From: Naegleria gruberi
Taxonomy: Eukaryota
Assembly (NCBI GenBank): GCA_000004985.1
Contig: GG738905.1
DNA length: 64,000 bases
Reading direction: 5' to 3' (one strand)
Notes under the pieces: model-generated
Database searches by the model: none
The model's input: only the letters and a program-made list of their open reading frames with translations
What the model was told of the DNA's origin: nothing
Shown here: positions 33,765 through 45,196 of the stretch, in pieces
How the letters are laid out: every line of letters starts with the position of its first letter
How positions within the stretch are numbered: the first letter of the stretch is position 1
Made by a program: the position numbers and the translations under genes

Positions 33765-33855
33765 TTGCCGACACCAGGGATCGAACCAGGGACCTTAAGA
33801 TCTTCAAGATTCAATGGCTTATTAGACCAACGCTCTCCCAACTGAGCTATGTCGG
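33765..33855 (-). tRNA. tRNA-Ile(AAU)-like gene carrying an 18-nt insertion in the 3' strand of the anticodon stem (non-canonical intron, or a disrupted gene)
   Basis: The reverse complement is gccgaca-ta-gctc-agttggga-gagc-g-ttggt-cTAATAa-gcca[ttgaatcttgaagatctt]a-aggtc-cctgg-ttcgatc-cctgg-tgtcggc-a. Removing the bracketed 18 nt restores the anticodon stem ttggt/gccaa and a 73-nt cloverleaf matching eukaryotic tRNA-Ile-AAU. The insertion is not at the canonical 37/38 site. Confidence 0.6.
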
Positions 33856-34110
33856 CTTCTTGAAATTTAAGATATTTAATAAGCAATATACTAAGCATCG
33901 TTATATGTCTTTGCTTACTAATTCAACATTTCTCTTTCATAGTCTTCCTTCATTCTTTTAAAGTAGTGTCATTGAGTTCTAAGCTGTCACGTTCCTCACT
34001 TATGTAACACTATGAAATGATTGTAACCTTGGAACTTTAAGTTCCCAATGCAATTTGAAATTAAAATTTACTAATTGTCAGCACTAAACGTTCTCAACCA
34101 ATCAAAAAAA

Positions 34111-35280
34111 ATGGCCAAACGTAAAATAAGTCTGCCCAACGAAATTTTGATTGAAATTTTTCAATTTTTAGAATCATCATTTGTTGTTAACAGTTGTATG
34201 CTCATTTCCAAGAAGTGGTACAAAATCATTTTTAACCAAGTAAAGACACTTTCTTGTGAATTGACATTTCATGACCAGGAGAAGATCGATCGCCTTGTGA
34301 AAAGTCCATGGCTACATAATATTTCAAAGATTAAATTAAGAGCTTGTGATGACTATTTGGAATCAATCAAGGGATTGATGGAAATATTGAAAAGTTACGA
34401 TCAATTACGTAGTGTTGATATTGGTTATTGTTATATTGGAAATAGTCAAACAATTAGTGAAATGAAACAGTTAACATCACTTGATATTGATAATAATTGT
34501 GTGGACGAGCAAGGAGTAAAATTAATTGGTGAATTGCATAATTTGACAAGACTGAACATTGGTTGTAATAGAATTGGCTTGGAAGGTTTCAAATCAATTA
34601 GTGGAATGAAACAGATGAGAGATCTTAATGTCAGTAGTAGTGGTGCTGGAGTAGAAGGAGCTAAATTAATGAGTCAATTGAAACATTTAACAAAGTTTAA
34701 TATTAGTGGAAATGAAATTGGTGAAGAAGGTGCTAAATCGATTGGTGAATTGAAATGGTTAACAATGCTTGACATTTGTAGTAATCAAATTGGTGCAGAA
34801 GGTGCCAAGTCAATTAGTCAATTGGAACGTTTAACAAAGCTATATATTAGTGGTAATGGAATTGGACCAGAAGGAGCTCAATCGATTAGTCAATTGAGTC
34901 ATTTAACGACACTGTTTATTGGTGGTAATCAAATCGGTTCAAAAGGATCCAAATCAATTAGTCAACTGAAACGGTTAACAATTCTGTATATTGATTCTAA
35001 TGAAATTGGTTCTGAAGGAGCAAATTCAATTAGTCAATTGTCAAATTTAAAAGAGCTTTATATTAGTGACAATCAAATTGGTGACGAAGGAGCCAAATCA
35101 ATTAGTCAATTGAAACATTTAACAACACTTGAAATTCTTCGTAATGAAATTGGTGATCAAGGAGCCAAATCAATTAGTCAACTGAAACAATTAACAAGAC
35201 TCCATATAAGTTGCAATCGAATTGGAGATCAAGGAGCAAAATTACTTAATCGAATGAAAATTAATTCTCTAATAAATTAA
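34111..35280 (+). CDS. F-box-like / leucine-rich repeat (RNI-type LRR) protein
   Basis: The N-terminus LPNEILIEIFQFLESSFVVNSCMLISKKWYKII is F-box-like. It is followed by about 11 tandem 28-aa units LxxLxIxxNxIGxEGAKSISQLKxLT, which is the ribonuclease-inhibitor-type LRR pattern. Confidence 0.6.
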   Translation: MAKRKISLPNEILIEIFQFLESSFVVNSCMLISKKWYKIIFNQVKTLSCELTFHDQEKIDRLVKSPWLHNISKIKLRACDDYLESIKGLMEILKSYDQLRSVDIGYCYIGNSQTISEMKQLTSLDIDNNCVDEQGVKLIGELHNLTRLNIGCNRIGLEGFKSISGMKQMRDLNVSSSGAGVEGAKLMSQLKHLTKFNISGNEIGEEGAKSIGELKWLTMLDICSNQIGAEGAKSISQLERLTKLYISGNGIGPEGAQSISQLSHLTTLFIGGNQIGSKGSKSISQLKRLTILYIDSNEIGSEGANSISQLSNLKELYISDNQIGDEGAKSISQLKHLTTLEILRNEIGDQGAKSISQLKQLTRLHISCNRIGDQGAKLLNRMKINSLIN

Positions 35281-35701
35281 CAAAAAAGCATTGGGAAATA
35301 AATTCAAACCAAATTTTGATAATAATAAAATATCAAAGTGACAATTAGAAATTAATGTCAAAACACCTCACTAATTTTGGACGAATTCAAACACATCTAT
35401 ACAAATATATTTTCAAATTATATTATAATTTGATCAAACACATTGGTAATTGTGCATTTCAATAATTTCTCAATAACACTATCAATTTAATATGTGTGGA
35501 ATAGTTTCAAGTGACTTGTCAATAGACCGAAGAGGAATGGAGGAACTGTATTTTCACATCACAAATAATGCAAAGAAAACAACCCAACTTTAAAAAAGGT
35601 AGTATGTTCTCCCTTTGTTTCCAAATAATAATAATGATTCAATCGGAATCTTAACAACAAGTATTAACGAGGAACCTCTTTTATTACAACAAGAAAAAAA
35701 A

Positions 35702-37321
35702 ATGGACGACGGAATTGATTCAACAAGAGAAGTGCAAGTCTTGAAGGAAGTAGGCTTGAATGCGGATCAAATTTTCCAACTCTTGATGGAGAAGGAAAAG
35801 ACAAGGCAAATAGAATTGGAAATTGTACTCGTGGAAAAGAAGAGAAAATTCTCTGATAACACTACTTCGGATGATGGAGTATTAACAGAATGGAAAAAGA
35901 AAAAACTAAATGAATTATCATCAAGAGCTTTATGTGGGGATGTTTGGATTAATATTTTGGAATTTCTTCCAGGCGTTGAAGGGTTTCGTATGGTGATGCT
36001 TTCTAAACAAGTAATGAGAGCAACAAAACACTTAACTAGAATTGAATTTGACAAACGTGTTAAATCGAGTAGATTAGAAGACTTTATATGTTCTTCACAG
36101 TTTAAGCATATTCAAACCTTGAACATTAACTATACTATTACACAGCCAATGTTTAATATCTTGATAAGGAATTGTGAAAATCTCAAAACATTGACAGTTG
36201 TAGTACCTGATGGTTTTGTTCTTGGCATCCCTAATTCAAACTGTAGTGTGAAAAATTTACGAACTTTACAACTTTCAACGGAATCACTCAACAAAGCCTA
36301 TTTAGAATCGCTCAACTCTTATTTGTTCAACCTCGAAGATTTAAAGTTACCATCATTTAAATCAAAACTTGCTTCTGACTTTCTTAACACCTGCACTAAA
36401 AATATTCGAGTATTAGAAATTGATAAGGTTAATTTCGACTTGGACCCAAAGGACTATCTGCCCAATTTGAAATCTCTGAAAATTCGACGCTTGATATGTA
36501 ATATGAAGATCTTTCTTTCATTTTTTGAAATCAAGACTTTAACTTCACTAAATATGTCCCTTGACAGTTTAAATAATGATGAAGGGTTTACAGAAACAAA
36601 TACTATAATTGAATCCAAGTTGGAATACTTGAAGTTGAATATCACTGGCATGCTTACTGATATAATTTGTAAATATCAATTTCCCAATCTTGAGTGCCTT
36701 TCACTCACTCCTGAATTAACGATGAATTCTGCAACTTCTTTAGGGACCAACTCCAGCTTAGCGAATTTAAAAACGTTGGAACTTTTCGAAACTAGCATTG
36801 ATGAATTGAAAGCGTTATGTAGCTCTATTTATCTTAAGAAGTTAACATCTCTTACTGTAGATTACGAAGATATTCGTGATATCGTTTGTGGTCTAGATTA
36901 TATAACACAATCAGAATCGTTTTCCAATCTATATAACTTGCAATTTTTTGGAAATAATGTAAATTTGGATTTATTTTCCTCCGTTTCTAAATTTTCCAAA
37001 CTCAGATTATTATACCTATATGATCCCGATATTAATTCACTTATTAATTTATCCAAATCCACACATTTTCCACATTTAAGAAAATTAAGGATCTACCTTA
37101 GCGAAATTGTTCCAACCAATTTCCTTGAAAATATTGCTAATAATGAATCATTTCGTAAATTGTTCTATTTAGGCATATGTCTTAATGATGAACAAGTTCC
37201 AATACTAGTTAATGCCAAATATTTCAAATTGAAAAACTTGACAATTTATGGCAAATATGTTACCAATGTAGGAGCTAAAATATTACAGGACCACAACATT
37301 AACTTTGAATTTGACGAATAA
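35702..37321 (+). CDS. F-box-like / irregular LRR protein
   Basis: ATG-initiated ORF (the track begins upstream at a TTG). DVWINILEFLPGVEGFRMVMLSKQV is F-box-like, and the rest is Leu/Asn-rich with irregular LxxLxL repeats. Confidence 0.4.
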   Translation: MDDGIDSTREVQVLKEVGLNADQIFQLLMEKEKTRQIELEIVLVEKKRKFSDNTTSDDGVLTEWKKKKLNELSSRALCGDVWINILEFLPGVEGFRMVMLSKQVMRATKHLTRIEFDKRVKSSRLEDFICSSQFKHIQTLNINYTITQPMFNILIRNCENLKTLTVVVPDGFVLGIPNSNCSVKNLRTLQLSTESLNKAYLESLNSYLFNLEDLKLPSFKSKLASDFLNTCTKNIRVLEIDKVNFDLDPKDYLPNLKSLKIRRLICNMKIFLSFFEIKTLTSLNMSLDSLNNDEGFTETNTIIESKLEYLKLNITGMLTDIICKYQFPNLECLSLTPELTMNSATSLGTNSSLANLKTLELFETSIDELKALCSSIYLKKLTSLTVDYEDIRDIVCGLDYITQSESFSNLYNLQFFGNNVNLDLFSSVSKFSKLRLLYLYDPDINSLINLSKSTHFPHLRKLRIYLSEIVPTNFLENIANNESFRKLFYLGICLNDEQVPILVNAKYFKLKNLTIYGKYVTNVGAKILQDHNINFEFDE

Positions 37322-37369
37322 ACCAGAACTTTACAATAGATCTGCTTACAACACCAATGTTTAAAAAAA

Positions 37370-38551
37370 ATGGGAACCAAACCATCACGTACCTCCAAAT
37401 CAGACGCCACTTCGGATGTCATGTTAATACAAAACAATAATAATATTCAACAGGCTTCAACTCGAAAAAGAGAAAAAGTTCTAATACTTGGTCCCTCCGA
37501 TTCTGGTAAATCCACACTATTCCACATGTTGAAACTAATAACTTCGGGACATGACGTTGATGCAAAATTTGAAAATAATTTGCGAATTGTCAGCTCGTGG
37601 GTTATTGAGAGAATTTGGGAAGCGATGGGAGAGCAAGAGCGTAATCACTTGAAAGATCTCATCCCTGAACTGAGATCAGTATTCGAAAATACAGAAGATG
37701 CTAATTTAGCTACTGAATTGCAGAACAGAGATGATTGTTGCGAAATACTGGTCACTCTTTGGAAAATTCCATTCTTTAGAGAGTTCTACGAATCGGTGTG
37801 GAGCAGAGATGGAATTTCAATGTTCGAAAATGTCAAGGAATTAGTCTCAAGAATTGAACACAAAAAAAGCTTTTCTCCATATTCATTGGTACATTGCAGA
37901 ACAACAGGAATATTATCATACGAAACGATGGGAAAAAACACTGAAATTGAAGTGATCGATGTTGGAGGAAGGAGAAATGAAAGAAAGAAATGGATTCATT
38001 GCTTTGAGGATACACATACATTAATTTACATGGTTTCTCTTTCAGAATTTAATCAAACTTTAATAGAAGATAACAGTACTCGTAGAATGGATGAATCTCT
38101 ATCCCTAATTAGTGAAGTAATGAATTCCAGATGGTTCGTTGGTCTGCGTAAAATAATTCTCTTTGTAAAACCGGATATTCTATGCAAAAAATTGGAAAAT
38201 GGAGTGAAATATGGTGGAGAACTCAATCCTAATATTTTACCAGAGCTAGACAGAATTGCTGACCATTATCTTAAACTAGTTATCAACTCGATCATTACAG
38301 AATTCTTCAAGAAAATCGATAGAACTACGATTGATTCCTATCATATTGTTAATAATACCTCAGAAGATGATATCAAATCCGTTTGTGAAATGATCTTTGG
38401 AGAGAGATCAGCTCAAAAAACAACCTTCATCTCACCCTGTATCATACCTGCCAACAATCGAATGATACTATGCCTCTTCAACATTTGTCTGCAAGAAAAA
38501 TTGACAGATATTCAAATCATTACTTCCAACGAAGAAGAAAATTACTACTAA
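37370..38551 (+). CDS. Divergent heterotrimeric G-protein alpha-subunit-like protein
   Basis: MGTKPS N-terminus (an MG myristoylation-type start). P-loop KVLILGPSDSGKSTLFHMLKLI, switch I HCRTTGI, G3 DVGGRRNERKKWIHCFE and the helical-domain layout are all G-alpha-like. The catalytic Gln of DVGGQ is replaced by Arg, the switch-I Arg by His, NKxD by VKPD, and TCAT by VNNTS. Confidence 0.7.
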   Translation: MGTKPSRTSKSDATSDVMLIQNNNNIQQASTRKREKVLILGPSDSGKSTLFHMLKLITSGHDVDAKFENNLRIVSSWVIERIWEAMGEQERNHLKDLIPELRSVFENTEDANLATELQNRDDCCEILVTLWKIPFFREFYESVWSRDGISMFENVKELVSRIEHKKSFSPYSLVHCRTTGILSYETMGKNTEIEVIDVGGRRNERKKWIHCFEDTHTLIYMVSLSEFNQTLIEDNSTRRMDESLSLISEVMNSRWFVGLRKIILFVKPDILCKKLENGVKYGGELNPNILPELDRIADHYLKLVINSIITEFFKKIDRTTIDSYHIVNNTSEDDIKSVCEMIFGERSAQKTTFISPCIIPANNRMILCLFNICLQEKLTDIQIITSNEEENYY

Positions 38552-38704
38552 TTCACATTGATCAGCATTTAATTCATACCATCATTGTACCAATAATATT
38601 CAAAACTATTCACTTCACAATAATTATTCCACACTTTCATCATTTCAACAAGTTTTTTATTTTCAATTCAACAAAAAAATTTACATCACCAAAAACACAA
38701 TAAA

Positions 38705-39472
38705 ATGGTCAATAACAAGAAGAATAACAAGAAAACATCAGCCATTGCTTCCGAAGTTGCTGGATCATCATCAAAACCATCATCAAAGAAGACCACCACA
38801 ACAGCTCCTCCAGCAGCTCCTGTTGCTACAGAAGTAGTAGTTGAAAAAGTAGAAAAAGCCACACCAACAACAACAACAATAGAAAAGAAGCAAACAAAGA
38901 AGGCAACAACAACTAAAACAACACAAGAAAAGAAGAATCCTGATGTTGCTGCTGATAAGAAGAGAAAATTGGATCAAGTTGTTGAAGAACCAGCTAAAAA
39001 GAAGGAAGAAACAAAGTCTTCTGCAGTAGTTGTTGAAAAATCATCAAAGAAACAAAAGAAAGAAACAAAGCCAGCAGTTGTTGTTGAAGAACCAAAGGAA
39101 GAAGAAGAAACTGAAGTTGTTGTTGAAGATGAAAAGGAAGAAAAGAAAAAGAACAAACGTAAGGAAGCCAAAACTGATATTGAAGTCACACTGAGAAAGG
39201 AAGATATTACAATGAGTGAAGAGGAATTTAAAAAGTGTTTCCATGATGCTGTGAAAATATATAGAGGATCCAAACGATGTGTTATTGTGCATTTGAGAGA
39301 TTCCGCTCAATTGGAAAAGTATTTGAGCAAGGAAGGTGAGGATGGTTCATTAATTCCATTGAATAAGAATTTTGTTGAAGTTGGAGGAAAGATTTTTGAA
39401 GTTAAGAGAGCTAAGGTGAAGGATGTTAAGAGAATTGCTAAAAAGAAGGCTGCTTGGGATAGTTTTAAATAA
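38705..39472 (+). CDS. Lys/Glu/Thr-rich low-complexity protein, possibly nucleolar
   Basis: 255-aa ORF with long charged low-complexity tracts (KKKEETKSS, EEEETEVVVEDEKEEKKKNKRKE) and a small ordered C-terminal region. Confidence 0.4.
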   Translation: MVNNKKNNKKTSAIASEVAGSSSKPSSKKTTTTAPPAAPVATEVVVEKVEKATPTTTTIEKKQTKKATTTKTTQEKKNPDVAADKKRKLDQVVEEPAKKKEETKSSAVVVEKSSKKQKKETKPAVVVEEPKEEEETEVVVEDEKEEKKKNKRKEAKTDIEVTLRKEDITMSEEEFKKCFHDAVKIYRGSKRCVIVHLRDSAQLEKYLSKEGEDGSLIPLNKNFVEVGGKIFEVKRAKVKDVKRIAKKKAAWDSFK

Positions 39473-39652
39473 ACTACTAGGTTATTAACTTGTTGATTTG
39501 AATTATCTCTCTTAGCTCAATCTCATGCTGTACACTTTTGTGGAGCTAACTTGTGGTAGATTGTAACATTTGACAAGTCAAGGAATAATGAACTCTGTCC
39601 AAATATTGTAAAAGAAAAATGGGTTTTTGCCTTTTAAAAACAAGTAAAAAAA

Positions 39653-40735
39653 ATGAAAATACATCTCTTGAGTGATTTGCACATTGAACACTTCCCAGAC
39701 TTGGCCCAATTCCAAGACATGTACAAGGAACGATACGGAAATGAACTTTTGGAAAATAACAATCAAGCAAATGTTCTGGTTCTTGCTGGTGATATCGGAA
39801 ATGTTAAAAAGGTAGGCTATCAGCAATTCCTAGTCAAAGCCTCTGCGCTCTATGAACACGTCATTATTGTGGGAGGAAATCATGAATTTTATGGGAATGA
39901 ATATTTCGAATGTATGGCCAAGATGAAGGAGATTTGTAAGGAGGTTGGTGAGAATGTTCACTTTCTGGATAAATCAAAGGTGGAAATTGTGGATTCTGAG
40001 ACGAAGGAGGTATATGTTTTTGTAGGAGCTATTTTATGGTCGAATATTCCAGAAGAATCTCAACTCTATGTGGAATCTGTAGGTTTTTTCGAATGAAATA
40101 TTTATTTTGGAATGTCATTAATTTGAAATAATTTTTAATAGGCAATGAATGATTATCGATTGATTAAAATTAAGGAAAGTGGAGCCGATTCTGCAACCTT
40201 GTTGAGGACTAAACATACTGTTCAAATGTTCAAGGAAGAATCAGAATATATCAAACAAGAAATTGAAAAGGCAAAAATTAATCAACAAAAGGTAATTGTT
40301 GTTTCACACAATGCACCTTTGAATAGAGGAGTGAGTGCTCCACAATTCGAAACTGTAGATAATGGTTCAACAAGGAGTTTAAATTATGCCTTTGCTACTG
40401 ACCTGAGCTCAATCATGGATGATCACGTAATTGCTTGGCTATTTGGCCATACTCACTATAGCTCTCTTCAAAAGTTCAATAATACCATTGTTGCTAGTAA
40501 TCAATTGGGATATTTGAGAGGATTTTCAAAAGAGGAGAATAGTTACAAAGTAGATTGGATTCTCGATACCAATAACTTGAATCTTGCATCAATCCCAAAG
40601 TTTGTTCCCTATCCACCAAAATCACAAACTCAAACTACCAACGCTTCTGGAGCTTCTTCATCTGAAACCGTAAATAGCAATTCATCATCCAATCCTTCTA
40701 AATTTTCTAATATTTTGAGTTTCTTTAAGAAATAA
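39653..40735 (+). CDS. Calcineurin-like metallophosphoesterase; 2 exons
   Basis: HLLSDLHIE, VLVLAGDIGN, IIVGGNHE and LFGHTHYS give the D-x-H...GD...GNHE...GHTH metallophosphatase motif set. Exon 1 is 39653-40078 (GTAGGT donor), the 63-nt intron ends TTTTAATAG, and exon 2 is 40142-40735. Confidence 0.65.
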
Positions 40736-41439
40736 GAAACATTGTAATATATTGTACAGTTATTATTTAAAAAGTAGTTTCGTGGAATTGTTTTAATTTC
40801 TTATTGAGAGGTCTATAAATCTCTTCAACAACAGAAATTTTTGGAGCAAAGCTTGCTGAGGTTGAGTAAATCTCCCAAAGGAAACCCTTCTTTACCAATA
40901 CTTGTGGAGGAGGAAAGCTCAATGACATTGCTTTCAAAAAGTTGAGAACCATGGTTGGAGTTTTCAAACAGCGTTCCCAAGAAACTTGTTTCGATCATAG
41001 TAGGGAATTTCATTGGGTGAGGAGTTCTTTCCGGTAGTCGGCTCGAAATAAGTGTTCTGCCATTTTTTTAAAAGATTTTGGCGCCAAATTTGTGTTCATT
41101 TGATTAAGGTAAAGTGTAACTGTGTTGTAAAGTTATTCGAAATGTTATTGGAAAGTGAAAAAAGTACCTTATCCTTTTTCACAGTAGTGAATTTAAAATG
41201 CTTTTCACTAACGGCGAAATTGTCCATGATTGCTAACTCTAATCCAAATACAACGATTAAATCATTGTTGTTTAGGCAACTTTCGTTTTATCATGCTCCA
41301 AATAAAATTTTTTCATTTCATTCAGGTTCATCCACAAATTCCTTTCCAAGACCCATTATTTTAAAAATGGACAAGGCATCATATCAATAATTCGTTTAGA
41401 ATAGATGAACACTGAAAATCTAATAACATACAAAAAAAA

Positions 41440-43038
41440 ATGGCCAAATCACCCTATCCACCAATTCCACTCTTTAATCTTACCGAAGCCTTTGTGATAA
41501 ACTCAACAAATCATCTCTATGTTCCATTCGAATCTACCACTTTATCCATTGTAGACACTGTCATCATGTCAATATTCATTTTAGCTCATATCGTTGCCAT
41601 CATTTTGGCGTTTACCTTTCTCAGAGTTGGATACTTGATGAAAAAACAAAAAGAAGAAGTGCAAGTAGTATTGAAGAATGTTCAATCGACAAAGGAACAA
41701 TTTTCACCAAATCGACAATCAACGAAACATGTTTCACATTCGACAGCAAATATTGGAACACCGACTGTGAATCATCAGGAGAGTAGTGATGTTTTGGGAA
41801 ATGGTAGTACTACTACTGTTGAATTATTGGAAGTGAATAATGTTAGTGGTATAAGCCTGTCACCTGCCGTGAATGGTAATCATTTGGATAGTGGAAGTTT
41901 GCAAATTAATAGAAATAATAGAACAATGTCGAATTCTAGTGATGTGCAGAATTCATCAACTTCATTCTCTACTACACCTGGATCTGTTTTGTTGAATGTT
42001 GGTGAAGAAGTTCATAATAAGGATAATGTTTCAGTTTCGTCCAATACAAAAATAAGACATTCCACCAGATTGGCAGTAAGCCAACATGCAAATCATCATC
42101 AAATGGATAGCGATGGAATGTCAAAGAATCAGAGGATTTTATTCATTCTTTTACTCTTCTTACTCTTCTTTCAAATGACAAGTTTACTTTTATTGATTAT
42201 TCACCATGCATTGAATTTCAGTGGACACGCTATGATTGATGATTATATTTTAAAAAGGAATAATGATATTGCTTCGGGAATCATTAGTGAATCATCTCCT
42301 ATTGAGCTGGTTCCTAGTAGGGAGTTTAGAATTGCAGACAGATTTGTTGGAATGTTTCAGGCGATTGTTGGAGCTTCATGTTATTTGATTATCCTGTACA
42401 TTTTATGTTTTATTGAAACAGTTTTGTAAGTCATTTGAATTCTAAAGATTGTTCTAAAATAACACATCCAAAATTAAAGCATCCAGACGGTTCAGAAAAC
42501 TGGAACCATGTCAAAGAAGACTGCAAAGATTATTACCACTATTTCTGTAATTGTTACCATTATTACAACCTCTTTAATCTTTGTGAGTATTGTATCCTCC
42601 TGTGTCATGATTCTCCTCGTAAAATCAGGAGTTATTACGGATGATGAGCTTTCTGCCAGTTTACCAGGAGCTGCCTTATTCATTTTCCAAGTTGTCTTTC
42701 ACAACGTCATTTTCAACGTTGTTGGATTTAAGGTACTGAGAACGATTCGTCAATATTCTTCCAAGCTCAACAGACAATCCAGTGAACGACCATTCTATAG
42801 AGTTATTATTTTACAGATAGGATTGACCATTTTTACAATCATTCACTTGTTGGGAGCTGTTTGCTTGGCTCTGTATCCTTCATGGGAATTTTTCGATGCA
42901 ATTTCATTTGCATTTTCTTCAATCGCAATTCTAGGATATACCACAATAATATTCTTCCTCTATAGACCATTATTTAAGGATGCTAGAATTCAAGCTAGGG
43001 AAATGAAGAAACTCATATCAGAAACTCAACATGACTAA
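41440..43038 (+). CDS. Seven-transmembrane receptor-like protein with a long Ser/Asn-rich first loop; 2 exons
   Basis: ORFs 41440-42429 and 42508-43038 join through a GTAAGT...TTAAAG intron (about 42427-42478), giving in-frame ...ETVFIQTVQKTGTMSKK.... There are seven hydrophobic helices in total. No assignable GPCR family motifs. Confidence 0.4.
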
Positions 43039-43148
43039 TGTCAAGAAGTGTATTCTTGATACTATAATATTAAATCTTTTAATATTCATTTAGGAAATTG
43101 TAAAACTCAACAACGAAATTATTCAAAAAAAAATCAAACACTTGAGAA

Positions 43149-44828
43149 ATGACATCTTTTAATGATGTGGAGGATCAAGTTGTCATTTATTTAGATCATC
43201 AAAAAGATGGGAAAATTATCTACTCGGAAACAAATTCTCTTCTCAAGACGAAACTCTTAGCGGAATTAGTACAAAAACGAAACCATATTCAAGATTTGAA
43301 GGAATGTGTAAATTCTGGAGATAACAGTGTGAGAATGATCCTCCTTTCTCACTTTCCGATAATTGATAATCATGATCAAACCTACTTGTTGAATATTTTG
43401 GAGACTTTTAAGGAAGCATTTAAATTTGTTCCACAATCATTGAAGAATGATCGAAATTTTGTTCTGAAATGTTTGGAGGTGAATGGAGAATTATTTAAAG
43501 AGTATGAAATACTCGCGAATTATGTTTATACAGACGAGAGAACAGGGTTTTCATTTATTCGAAAAGCTTTTCAATTAGAAAGTGTCGTGAAACAGTTGGA
43601 TCCAAAGACAATTCTAAGTTTACCCTATAGTCCTTTACAGTATATCATTTCGAATAGAGAATTTTTTATGAAAGCAGTTTCAATCAATCCAACTATATTT
43701 TCATGTGCCTGTAGAACACTAAAGGCAGATGATGAGCTACTATTTGAAGCAGTGAAATATAATAGACAACATTTGAAATTTGCCTCTCTTAAACAGTTGG
43801 AAAATAGAAATTTAATATTTAGAGCTTGTGAAACCAAGGAAAGTAGTAAAATTGGATATTGGAGTTCAGTTTTGACGATTGCTTTGCCATTAGCCAAGTA
43901 TAATCCAGAATTAGCTTTGGAAATAGTGGAGAAAGACCATGAATCTGTTGCATGTGCAATCAAACATTTCAAAAATCACGAGAAAATAATAATGAAAGTA
44001 ATTGAGATAGCTCCATACTTGATATTCAAAGTTATCAAAAGGCAAGAATGGTTTCCAAATATGAAAGAAATTTGTCTATTAGCCCTAAAGAAAGATCCAT
44101 TGATCTACAAATACCTGGGGAGATTTAGATATGATAGGGACATTTTCAAGTTTGCTAGTGATTGTGGTCATATATCTATATCATACTTATATCTGTCACC
44201 TGAAATGCTAGGTGATAAGGTTTTCGCTGTTGGACTTGTAAGAAGTGTAAGTCCATTGTATTTTGAGAGACTTGATGAGAATCTGAAAAGGGATCGTGAT
44301 GTAATCCTAGCTCTTGCTGCACATTTACAAGTACTACAGCAAGAATTTAAAGAGAAGTATTTACCAAATTTAGAGAATGACAAAGAATTTTTATTAGAAG
44401 CAGTGAGAAGGAAGAGAAACGGCTTCTCTATTCTTTCATTCGCCTCAGATGAGTTGAAACAAGATAGAGAACTAATTCTTTCTGACATTAGAAAATGCAA
44501 CAATTTGAATCTAGTTCCTATCCATCTCAGATCAGATCGAGAAATAGTAGAAACTTTTATTAAGAATGTAAATTTATTTCTTTTTGATCCATCAAGTTTT
44601 CCTGATAGTCTATTGGAGGATAGTGAGTTTGTTTGGAGAATGATAGATTTGCGTCCTAATTTGATAAAAAAGTTTCCAAATCATGAATTTTTCAAAGAAA
44701 AGAAAATAATTCTCAAAATGATTTCTAAAAATATTCTCTGTAATGAAATTATTTCAAATGAACTTAGAGAGGACAGGGATATTAAATTGGCATTGATAAA
44801 AATAGGGAATTATCCATTCAAGGAATGA
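43149..44828 (+). CDS. DUF4116-like helical-repeat protein
   Basis: 559-aa ORF with about 10 degenerate repeats of the same type as the 13278 kinase (NDRNFVLKCLEVNGELFKEY, KADDELLFEAVKYNRQHLKFAS, KRDRDVILALAAHLQVL, KQDRELILSDIRKCNNLNL, REDRDIKLALIKIGNYPF). Confidence 0.5.
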   Translation: MTSFNDVEDQVVIYLDHQKDGKIIYSETNSLLKTKLLAELVQKRNHIQDLKECVNSGDNSVRMILLSHFPIIDNHDQTYLLNILETFKEAFKFVPQSLKNDRNFVLKCLEVNGELFKEYEILANYVYTDERTGFSFIRKAFQLESVVKQLDPKTILSLPYSPLQYIISNREFFMKAVSINPTIFSCACRTLKADDELLFEAVKYNRQHLKFASLKQLENRNLIFRACETKESSKIGYWSSVLTIALPLAKYNPELALEIVEKDHESVACAIKHFKNHEKIIMKVIEIAPYLIFKVIKRQEWFPNMKEICLLALKKDPLIYKYLGRFRYDRDIFKFASDCGHISISYLYLSPEMLGDKVFAVGLVRSVSPLYFERLDENLKRDRDVILALAAHLQVLQQEFKEKYLPNLENDKEFLLEAVRRKRNGFSILSFASDELKQDRELILSDIRKCNNLNLVPIHLRSDREIVETFIKNVNLFLFDPSSFPDSLLEDSEFVWRMIDLRPNLIKKFPNHEFFKEKKIILKMISKNILCNEIISNELREDRDIKLALIKIGNYPFKE

Positions 44829-45029
44829 AAGTAAAAGCTCAAAAACAAATGAAAGTGTGAATTTTTTTAATTGAAAAAAATGAGGTTAAACCTGTGGTTA
44901 TTTTCTCCATCGATATAATATATGAAAAGGAGATATTTGAACCGCTGATAGTTTTACCTGCCTAGTTTGTGTGGTTAAAATTTGAAAGACCAAGGCTTTC
45001 CAAAAGGGTTAAAATTGATATCTTTCTGA

Positions 45030-45100
45030 TGCGTCGACCGGGAATTGAACCCGGGTCACGGCGATGGCAACGCCGTATTCTACCACTAAACCATCGACGC
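45030..45100 (-). tRNA. tRNA-Gly (anticodon GCC)
   Basis: The reverse complement is gcgtcga-tg-gttt-agtggta-gaat-a-cggcg-ttGCCat-cgccg-tgac-ccggg-ttcaatt-cccgg-tcgacgc-a, a 71-nt canonical cloverleaf. Confidence 0.9.
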
Positions 45101-45196
45101 TTCACATTCACTTAATACTGTTCCTTAATTCCTAACTAAGGAATTGTGGGTTAAGCAGTCTCATAAAATGTTTGCGGTTAGGAACTGCCTCAAAAA

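Noticed and set aside
35767-36054. 95-aa minus-strand ORF overlapping the F-box/LRR-like gene
   Set aside because: Antisense to a longer, motif-bearing ORF.
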